Source of the DNA: Candidatus Latescibacterota bacterium
GTDB taxonomy: Bacteria > Latescibacterota > UBA2968 > UBA8231
Direction: 5' to 3'
DNA: 64,000 bases
Assembly: GCA_965221775.1 (NCBI GenBank)
Contig: CBDCSU010000005.1
Coordinates: 320,001-384,000 of the forward strand
Made by a program: the position numbers and the translations under genes. Positions 56,674-64,000 of the stretch are shown one piece after another (the stretch's first letter is position 1; each line of letters opens with the position of its first letter). The notes under the pieces are model-generated. The model ran no database searches. It was given only the letters and a program-made list of their open reading frames with translations, and had not been told where the DNA came from.

Positions 56674-58626
56674 TCAGCGGACGCCGACGTATACCACATT
56701 TCCGGTCTCCCCGAGGATGGCGTCCACCACCATCCACACGGCGGCGCCCATGAGCTGTCCCGCCACGAACCCGAGGAAGACCGGTTTCATGAAGTGATAT
56801 CCCCGACTGCCCCAGAACCTGAAGATGATCGCCTTCAGCAGCCAGCCGAGGAATACGGAGAACCAGGCCCGGCCCATGACCCAGCTGTCGCCGATGGGCA
56901 GGCCGATGTAGTGCAGGGGCCACCAGGGGAGCCGGTGCTGCAGATGGATGAGCAGTCCCATGACTGCGCCGCCGATGGCGGTGAAGAGCAGGCGCGGCTT
57001 GATGGTCTCCCAGCCGATGGGGTTGACCAGCTTGTCCTCGAGGAACCGGTAGGCGATGCTGGGCACGCCGAACTGCCGCAGGTTGATGCCGCCGTACGTG
57101 TAGCTCAGGTGCATGGTCATCCAGGTCGCCCCCGCCATGCTGACGACGATGGCCACGAGGATCGCCCAGAACAGGCGCCGCGGATGCCGGCACGCCGGCA
57201 GGCCTCCCGCGTGGGCGAGCTTGAGCCCGTTGGCCGTGGAAGCCATGACGGTGGTGCGCATCTCCCCCGCCCACGAATAGCTGAGGCTCAGGCTGGCCAG
57301 GCCCTTCCAGCCGATGAGGTCCGTCCCCAGGGTATAGACCGCGAAAGGCTGGGGTACCATGGTGGAGGCCGTGAAGCCCACGCCTCCCTGGGCGATCACC
57401 CGGGTGACGGCCACGAAGATCGTGAGGACTGCCAGGAGGAAGACGATGGCGGTCAACGGCGGCATCCCGCTCATCAGCAGCCAGACGAAGTAGTAGGCGG
57501 CGCACGCGGTCCAGAGCCAGACGGCGGCCCGGTAGGAGAGAATCTCCTCGGCGTCGGCCGCGTCCCTCCGCCAGCGGACGGCTGCGCCCAGGACGCGCGC
57601 CAGGTGCCGGCGGGCCGTCCACAGGATGGCGGCCACCAGCACGATGATCGCCCCCATGCCCTGATGGGACAGGGCGGGAGAGGATGCGGTCAAGGACTCG
57701 TGCCGGCCCGGGAGCTCGTAGCCCACGACGTGGAAGACGCCGGTCTGGCACATCCCCAGCACGTGGAAGAACCACACTGAGAAGGCGACGTGCAGGTTGA
57801 GGAAGTAGCTGAGGCCGATGATCGCGAAGTTGACGAAGATGCGCAGCCGGACGCTGTTGCGGAACAGCGGGATCGGGTCGAAATAGGTCTCGATCTCCGG
57901 GATGAAGAAGTAGTAGTGGTGCAGTCCGCGGAGCATCTGCAATGCGAAGGGGATCGCGAAGCCGGCCCACAGGAGCCGGTTCCTGAAGAGGGGCGGCACC
58001 GCGTGATCGTCGGCGCCGCGAAGCATCTCGAGAGGAAGCTGGGTCAGGGGAAAGACGAGGCGCTCCTGCTCCACCCAGGGGCGGCGCAGGATGACCATGG
58101 TGCAGACCATGAGGACGAAGACGGCGAGCATGGCGCTGCCCCACGCCAGCATGGGCACGGCCCACTCGCTCCACGGTATCCCCTGACCCGCCGGGAGGCC
58201 CTCGTAGAAATAGCGCGCCACGTCGGGGTCCCGCGGAGCCAGCCAGCTCGGAATGAGTGGATGGACGAGATCGACCCAGCCGTTCTCAGGGGTGGCGTAG
58301 TAGAAGGGCCGGGTGAGTATGTGGAACAGGTTGGTCACCAGGCCCCAGGTGGGGATCGCGCAGGCCACGACCATCATGGCGAAGACCACGATGAGCTCGA
58401 CGCTGCTCAGTCCCCAGCCCGTGCGGAGACGCTTCAGGACCGGGTTGATCAGCCCCACGAGCACGAGGAACAGCATCATGGCGCCGGCGGTGATGTAGTC
58501 CGAGGTCAGGCCCGCGTTCTGCAGCAGCAGGACGCTGTACGGACAGGCGAGGTTGATCGCCAGGGCCAGCAGCGCCCCGAGGGCGATGGCGCGGAATGTC
58601 ACATCGTGATGTGGGCCCTCGGACAT
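56674..58626 (-). CDS. DUF6785/DUF6784-type polytopic membrane protein (OPT-like putative transporter)
   Basis: TFRAIALG, PFYYATPEN, IPSWLAP, FYEG, W...ERLVFPL, WWPLHYIG. Confidence 0.75.
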   Translation of the reverse strand: MSEGPHHDVTFRAIALGALLALAINLACPYSVLLLQNAGLTSDYITAGAMMLFLVLVGLINPVLKRLRTGWGLSSVELIVVFAMMVVACAIPTWGLVTNLFHILTRPFYYATPENGWVDLVHPLIPSWLAPRDPDVARYFYEGLPAGQGIPWSEWAVPMLAWGSAMLAVFVLMVCTMVILRRPWVEQERLVFPLTQLPLEMLRGADDHAVPPLFRNRLLWAGFAIPFALQMLRGLHHYYFFIPEIETYFDPIPLFRNSVRLRIFVNFAIIGLSYFLNLHVAFSVWFFHVLGMCQTGVFHVVGYELPGRHESLTASSPALSHQGMGAIIVLVAAILWTARRHLARVLGAAVRWRRDAADAEEILSYRAAVWLWTACAAYYFVWLLMSGMPPLTAIVFLLAVLTIFVAVTRVIAQGGVGFTASTMVPQPFAVYTLGTDLIGWKGLASLSLSYSWAGEMRTTVMASTANGLKLAHAGGLPACRHPRRLFWAILVAIVVSMAGATWMTMHLSYTYGGINLRQFGVPSIAYRFLEDKLVNPIGWETIKPRLLFTAIGGAVMGLLIHLQHRLPWWPLHYIGLPIGDSWVMGRAWFSVFLGWLLKAIIFRFWGSRGYHFMKPVFLGFVAGQLMGAAVWMVVDAILGETGNVVYVGVR

Positions 58627-58697
58627 GTGGGATCAGTCTTCTGCGACCATCCGGGCGGGTATGGGCATCCGATGCGGCCTCGGGTATGGGGCGGGTC

Positions 58698-58726
58698 AAG
58701 GTATTCGGGACAGGCCGCAGCGACAA
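58698..58726 (-). promoter_or_regulatory. Putative sigma70 promoter for 58626
   Basis: TTGTCG-17 nt-TACCTT. Confidence 0.35.
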
Positions 58727-58889
58727 CGGGCGGAAGCCCCCTCCCGGTCCCGGTTTCCTGAGATTCGCTGCCCTCGAAGCCGCGGGGGCTTCAAGTGGAG
58801 GTTTTCACCTCTCCCGCGGCCCCCTATCTTGGGACGGCCAGCGGAACAACAGCCCCTCAGCTCCGCGCCAGTATGCGGTGGGAGGCACC

Positions 58890-60323
58890 ATGACCACGAT
58901 CCGGCTCCTCGCGGCCCTCGGGCTCATCCTGGCGGCCTTGACGCGCACCATGGCACAGACCGGCGACCAACTCATCCAGGAGATCATCCGCACCACCGCC
59001 CCGCTGGAGCAGCCGCGTGGCGAGCGCCTTCCCCTCTACCTCTGGCCGGCTCACAACCTGGGCACAGATGACGAGGCCGAGGTGGAGACGTTGCTGCGCC
59101 AGCTCGAGGCGCGCGGCATCGCCGCCATCGCCAACTGGCGCACGGACGACGCGGAGGCCCTGGAGCGGGCCCTGCGCCTGGGGGCCTTCCAGAAGCGCCT
59201 GGGACTGCCCATCACGGTCAACGCCACCTCCTGCACCTACTCCTTCTTCAACGGCGACGAGGCCACGGCGCACGTGGACAGCGACGGCCGGCCCTTCTTC
59301 GATCCCTCCTTCGGCCCCCAGCACATGGGTTGTCCCTTCGCCATCGACTCCCGCACCACCGAGATGCGCCGCCGCATCGCCGAGCCCGTGGCCGCCTATG
59401 GCGAGGCCGGCCTCGACATCCACATGATCTTCGCCGACTGGGAGATCGACGGCCCCATCGAGTGGAACGAGGCCTGGGAACACTCGCGCCGCTGCATGCG
59501 CTGCCGGGCCCGCATCCCCCGGATTGACGACTTCGACGCCTTCCAGGGGGCCCTCCGCCGGCAGCGCAGCTACCTGCAGCGGCACATGCTCGCCGAGCCC
59601 GTGCTGGCGCGGTTCCCCCGCGCCCTGGTGGGCAACTACGCCGTCTATCCCCACAACGGCTACCGGTACTGGTTCGACTACTTCGAGAAGCACACTCCGG
59701 GCACGCCCCATCAGGTGGAGGGCGGCGCCCGCTACCGCCAGTGGTACCCCGAGTTCGACGGCACGGGCTACACCTTCGCCATGCCGGTGGTCTACACCTG
59801 GCAGGACATCTACGGCTGGTATGACTTCGACGTGCCCGACTACCGGTGGTTCTACAACATGCTGCTCGTGGGCAGCAACGCCGGAGAGTCGACGCCGGCC
59901 CACGTCCCGCTGATCACCTTCGTCCATTGGCACACGGTGATCCTCTCCGATCCCCCGCCGGATCACCCCCAGTTCAGTGAGGAGAAGTACCGCGAGCTGC
60001 TCTGGCATCTGCTGCTGCGCGGGCACGACGCGCTGTTCATGTGGAGTCCGCGGGATCAGGCCCTCAAGGAGAGCCAGCTCGCCCACCAGGTGTACGCGGA
60101 ATCCCACGAGTACCGCGATTTCCTCGCCCACGGAACGCCCGTCTCCTTCACCGTCCCGAAGCAACCGGGCCCGGTGGTGTCGGCCCTGCGCCGGGATGAC
60201 CGCTTGCTGGTGAGGCGCACCGACTTCACCGATACGGACGCCGTGGTGGAACTGGAGGTCGATGGCCGGATCCTCCAGGTGCCGCGGCTCGAAGGAAGCT
60301 GTCAGGTCATGACGCTGGACTGA
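58890..60323 (+). CDS. Secreted hypothetical protein, possible glycoside-hydrolase TIM barrel
   Basis: GGAGG RBS, signal peptide; IFADWEIDGP, CMRC, aromatic-rich, LLLRGHDALFMW. Confidence 0.65.
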   Translation: MTTIRLLAALGLILAALTRTMAQTGDQLIQEIIRTTAPLEQPRGERLPLYLWPAHNLGTDDEAEVETLLRQLEARGIAAIANWRTDDAEALERALRLGAFQKRLGLPITVNATSCTYSFFNGDEATAHVDSDGRPFFDPSFGPQHMGCPFAIDSRTTEMRRRIAEPVAAYGEAGLDIHMIFADWEIDGPIEWNEAWEHSRRCMRCRARIPRIDDFDAFQGALRRQRSYLQRHMLAEPVLARFPRALVGNYAVYPHNGYRYWFDYFEKHTPGTPHQVEGGARYRQWYPEFDGTGYTFAMPVVYTWQDIYGWYDFDVPDYRWFYNMLLVGSNAGESTPAHVPLITFVHWHTVILSDPPPDHPQFSEEKYRELLWHLLLRGHDALFMWSPRDQALKESQLAHQVYAESHEYRDFLAHGTPVSFTVPKQPGPVVSALRRDDRLLVRRTDFTDTDAVVELEVDGRILQVPRLEGSCQVMTLD

Positions 60324-60334
60324 GCGGCCCTCCC

Positions 60335-61078
60335 GGTCCGTCCGGATCATCTCCCCCTCGGGAGCGTCCCAGGACTCGCAGGGTTGGATGCACAGAGGCG
60401 GTGGCTAGGATAGCCCTCGTTCTCCGGCCCCTCGTTGTCGCGCGTCCCGTCCGAAGGCCTGCCACTCGTCCGTCCTCCTCCGCATCTCGAGGAAGGGCTC
60501 GTGGTCCCACCCCAGGGCATCGATCCTGGTGTGGCATACGCCGTTGCAGGCCTGGTTGAAACATGTCCCGCCGGCGAGAGCGGGGCGTCTGCCGGATGCG
60601 CACCTCGGGAATGGAGATCTCCTGACGCTGCGGCACGACCTCCCCCAGCGTATCCGGCCACAGCCAGCGGACCCCGAGAACCTCCCGCGCGAAGAGGTTT
60701 CCCCGCGAAGAGCGTCCCCCCTGAGGGGGAGCCCATCCGGACGGGCATCGTCGCTTACGAACGCCACCGCGCCGGGGAAGGTCCGAAGGCGCACCTCCTC
60801 GAGCCCCAGCTCTTCCGGACTGATGCCGAGGTCGCGGGTGCGCTCCGTGTCACCCACGGGGATGAGGGCGGACTCCGACTTCGGGGCGACATCGCTCCCG
60901 CAGGAGGGGCAGGCGGGCGCCGCTCATCTTCTCGATCCACGTCCTCAGGGACTCGGCGGCATCCCGGGCTGATGCCGTTGGCTCGTCGGCCACCACCAGG
61001 ATCGATGCCGGCGGCGGAACCCGGTCCTGTCGTCAGCGGCATCACGGAGAGTGCCAGGATGGAGACTCGATTCAACAT
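60335..61078 (-). pseudogene. Degraded DUF4838-like gene (several frameshifts and internal deletions)
   Basis: Fragments in different frames: MLNRVSILAL / ILVVADEPTASARDAAESLRTWIEKMSGARLP / VGDTERTRDLGI / GTLFA / EVLGVRWLWPDTLGEVVP / DGTR...RLCASNP / CESWD, collinear with 54630-56639. Confidence 0.75.
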
Positions 61079-61131
61079 GGACGACCTCGCTGATCTCTGC
61101 GGCGCGGCCGGAAGAGGTGGTCCTCCCGTGC

Positions 61132-61623
61132 TCAGAGGAGACCCGGCCAGAGATGCCGGACCAACTGCCCCAGCCCGTAGCTCGCGCCGTTGGCGAGGAA
61201 GGAAGCGACTATGGCCCTCGCCAGCGGGATCCGCCCTGCCGCGAGCCAGAAGGTGACGCTCTCGATGCAGGCGATGAGCAACTCGGCGATGGCGACACCG
61301 GACCAGAAGATGTGAGGCTGGTCCATGACGAAGAAGATCGCCTGTCGTCCGTACTCCTCCCTGAGGCTCTCCGGCGCCAGCAGGAGGCTGAGGGAGGCCA
61401 CGTAGAACCTGGGCCAGAGGAACCAGAGCAACGGGTGGGTCATGCACGTGCCCCACGCCCCGGCCGCGGCCGCCCGGCGGACGGTTACCCGGGGATGGGC
61501 CCGGTAGCTCCGGGCCATCCAGACGAAGACCGGCACCTCGATGGTCAGCGTGAAGGCGAACGACCTGAGCCAGCTCAGCTGCCGGGGCGACAGGTCGAAT
61601 GGCAGGAGATCGAGAGGCCCCAT
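61132..61623 (-). CDS. Small membrane protein, hypothetical
   Basis: FAFTLTIEVPV, THPLLW, AELLIACIES, SFLANGASYGLG. Confidence 0.65.
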   Translation of the reverse strand: MGPLDLLPFDLSPRQLSWLRSFAFTLTIEVPVFVWMARSYRAHPRVTVRRAAAAGAWGTCMTHPLLWFLWPRFYVASLSLLLAPESLREEYGRQAIFFVMDQPHIFWSGVAIAELLIACIESVTFWLAAGRIPLARAIVASFLANGASYGLGQLVRHLWPGLL

Positions 61624-61701
61624 GAGAACGCAACTCCACCGGTCGGTCCGGGAGTCGCGGCCAGGCACCGGTGGTCAACGGGCCGCGGATCCCCCGAGCG
61701 G

Positions 61702-62928
61702 TCAACCGCTCACGTAGATCCGTACCTCGAAGCCCTCCATCATGGTGATGATCCCGTCCTCGATCGTCGTCAGGTCGGACGAGACCGGCGTCAACGGGCG
61801 CAGGTCCCCGGCATCCAGCCAGTCCAGCCCCTGGATGATGAGGTCCGCGGGGGTACCGTCCTCGTTGATGAGCACGAGCATCGTCCGCTCGCCATGGCGC
61901 CGGGCCACGGCGGTCCCGCCGAGCAGCCACGGATAGCGGTTGGGTTCGTTGACGGCCCGCACGCTGTGAATGGTGGCCGATGTCAGGAACGGGTGGAGCT
62001 GCGAAAGCTCGGAGACGACAGGCAGGAGGTTTGCCATGAGGGCCTCCCGGTCCCCCTCATACGCTGAGCCCCACCAGAAGATGCCGGTGGCGCCGTAGGC
62101 GATGGACTGCCAGGCCATGAAGCGCATCTGCTCCAGGGTCGGCAGGAGGTGCGGACCCTCGCGGTCGGGCAGCGAGCTCCACGAGAAGGCCTGCTGCACG
62201 ATCCACAAGTCGCACCGCGGCGCCGTCTTGTGGAAGCGGTCGGTGTACAGCCCCATGTACTGCATGGGACGGCGGTCGCTGGCGGGGATCGGGTAGTAGT
62301 CGAATCCGACGATGTCCAGGGACGGCGCGCAGCGGGCCAGGGAAGCCTGGCTGCTCTGACAGGCCTCGTTGATCCACAGGCGGCGGCCGGGGTCGTGCTC
62401 GCGGATCAGGGCGGCGCCCCGGGTCAGCCCGCGGACCAGCGCGTCCATCCGCGCGATCCTCTCTGCAGCGACCTCCTTGTGGGGACCCCAGAAACGCGGC
62501 GGCTGGGCGCGCTCCAGGCGCCAGGCCCACCAGATCGCCTCGTCCGGGGCTTCCCATACCTCCAGCGCCGGGTGGTCCTTGAGGCTGTTGACGAACTCGA
62601 CGAGCTGGGAGCCGTCGTCATCGTCGGCCAGGATCATGGGGGCGTGGACCGTGGCGGACATCCCCCACTTCCAGTTCTCGTCGAGGTGCTCGCGGTTCCC
62701 CGCCTTGACGAGGTTGATGCCCGCCTCCTTCCAGCGGCGCCACTCGTCGTCGTTCCGGGGACGCTCGTACATCCCCAGGGCGAAGAGGGGCTGCCCGTCC
62801 CGGGAGACGACCGAACGCCCGGGCCCGCGGGCGTTGTGGTCATCCCCGTAGGCGACGCCCAGCGGTAGAAGGATCGCCGCGGCCCACACCGCGGCGACCG
62901 CTCGGGGACAACTATTCTGCGTCAGCAT
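61702..62928 (-). CDS. Secreted putative glycoside hydrolase (GH-A-like TIM barrel)
   Basis: DGQPLFALGMY, AGINLV, KDHPAL...DEA, GFDYYP, WIVQQAF, GATGIFWW. Confidence 0.65.
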   Translation of the reverse strand: MLTQNSCPRAVAAVWAAAILLPLGVAYGDDHNARGPGRSVVSRDGQPLFALGMYERPRNDDEWRRWKEAGINLVKAGNREHLDENWKWGMSATVHAPMILADDDDGSQLVEFVNSLKDHPALEVWEAPDEAIWWAWRLERAQPPRFWGPHKEVAAERIARMDALVRGLTRGAALIREHDPGRRLWINEACQSSQASLARCAPSLDIVGFDYYPIPASDRRPMQYMGLYTDRFHKTAPRCDLWIVQQAFSWSSLPDREGPHLLPTLEQMRFMAWQSIAYGATGIFWWGSAYEGDREALMANLLPVVSELSQLHPFLTSATIHSVRAVNEPNRYPWLLGGTAVARRHGERTMLVLINEDGTPADLIIQGLDWLDAGDLRPLTPVSSDLTTIEDGIITMMEGFEVRIYVSG

Positions 62929-62956
62929 TTCTCACCTCCATGAGTGAAGCCATGAC

Positions 62957-64000
62957 CTATTGCTGCAGGCGGACCAGGATCCCCTCCACGGCCCGGCAGA
63001 TCTCCCGTACGCGGCCCCAGTCCGGGGACTCGCGGTAGAGCAGGAAGGTGGAGGAGGAGCGCAACTCCTCGAGGAGTGCCTCGGCTTCGGGATCTCCGGT
63101 CGCGGCCGCCCGCTCCGCGAGCATGGTGAAGGCGGTGAAGTCCTCGGTGCCGTCGCGCACGGCCTGCCAGCGCCGGTTGCTGGTGAAGTGGACCCCGTCG
63201 TCGCCGATGGTGACGTATTCGGGCTCCTCCTCGGGGCGGGTCCTCCACAGGGTCGACCCCATGCGCAGGCTCCAGAAGCCCCAGCCCTCCACCCCCAGGC
63301 GGAAGGTCTCCCAACCCGACCCCCGGTAGAACCCCAGCGGGTCGAGTACGATGGCGTTGCCCTCGGCGACGAACCACCAGACCGGGCTCCCCTCCCGCTT
63401 CCGCATGGCGGGCATGGCCTCGTCGAAGAGGCGCCTGAGGACCTTCATCGCCGGCTGCCAGACGTGGGTCACCTCGGCCATCCTCTCGACCTGCTCGGCC
63501 GTGGTGGTGCCGGCGTAGTTGCTGTAGACCCGCCATCGCGGATCGCTGTCGACGAACCGGCGCGCCTTGTCGATGTAGGTCTGCACCGACCCCTCGCCGG
63601 TGAGCCCCGGCTCGTCCTGGGGGTAAACGGACCACCGGTCGGCGCCGATCCCGAGGGAATCCAGCCGCGGGAAGACGGCGTCGGCATAGGTCCCGTAAGC
63701 CGCGAGCCACTGATCCTCGGTCGGCTTCATCCCCTTGGGCCAGGAGATGTGGTAGTTCTGGAAGAGCAGGTGCTTCAGGGGACCGACCGTCTCCCACATG
63801 CGGTCGAAGGTCGACCAGTCCACCGGCTTGACCAGCCGGGTCCCGGTGCTGTCGACATGGATATAGGGCAGGTTCAGCACCGCCGCGTTGACCCCCGAGC
63901 GCTTCAGGTGGACCGCCAGCCGCCGCATCCGTTCGGGGCCCTGGTGCAGGGGGTAGGTCCATGGATGGAAGACGTAGGGCCGCTCCCAGGCGTGCTCCGG
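62957..64000 (-). CDS. Hypothetical glycoside hydrolase / DUF4091-like protein, 5' end outside the window
   Basis: YPQDEP, GWGFW, SNRRWQAVRDGTEDF C-terminal motif; frame is open to the window edge. Confidence 0.6.
   Translation of the reverse strand, partial: PEHAWERPYVFHPWTYPLHQGPERMRRLAVHLKRSGVNAAVLNLPYIHVDSTGTRLVKPVDWSTFDRMWETVGPLKHLLFQNYHISWPKGMKPTEDQWLAAYGTYADAVFPRLDSLGIGADRWSVYPQDEPGLTGEGSVQTYIDKARRFVDSDPRWRVYSNYAGTTTAEQVERMAEVTHVWQPAMKVLRRLFDEAMPAMRKREGSPVWWFVAEGNAIVLDPLGFYRGSGWETFRLGVEGWGFWSLRMGSTLWRTRPEEEPEYVTIGDDGVHFTSNRRWQAVRDGTEDFTAFTMLAERAAATGDPEAEALLEELRSSSTFLLYRESPDWGRVREICRAVEGILVRLQQ

Noticed and set aside
1-64000. CRISPR array, tRNA, rRNA, prophage
   Set aside because: No regularly spaced short repeats, cloverleaf, rRNA-like or phage structural motifs were seen; intergenic spaces are short.

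Overview
Very GC-rich, densely coding 64-kb bacterial window with about 42 genes plus one decayed pseudogene. I found no rRNA, tRNA, CRISPR array, transposase, integrase or reverse transcriptase. FlgD-Ig/FTPNGD C-terminal domains, a TWGxxK C-terminal tag and DUF6785/DUF4838/DUF4159-like proteins suggest a diderm of the FCB neighbourhood such as Latescibacterota (inference). 1-16 kb: sugar/nucleotide-sugar enzymes, an apparent LarA-lipoprotein fusion and an MgtE/MscS-like cluster. 16-32 kb: TamB/TamA/YihY, ExbB-ExbD-ExbD, a sugar ABC transporter, an antisense-nested sialidase and an SGNH-TPR protein. 32-55 kb (most interesting): a minus-strand envelope operon with two FlgD-Ig secreted proteins, three tandem ~900-940 aa paralogues of an unrecognised putative outer-membrane family with an Asp/Asn-rich Ca-binding-like core, a 1104-aa TPR protein, DUF4159, an AgmX/PglI(TonB-C)-like lipoprotein and an FGE-fold lipoprotein. 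A fourth, inverted copy of one paralogue is nearly identical in DNA except for about six short hypervariable patches. 55-64 kb: glycan-utilisation-type genes and a multiply frameshifted DUF4838-like pseudogene. All family calls come from motif recognition by eye, with no database searches.
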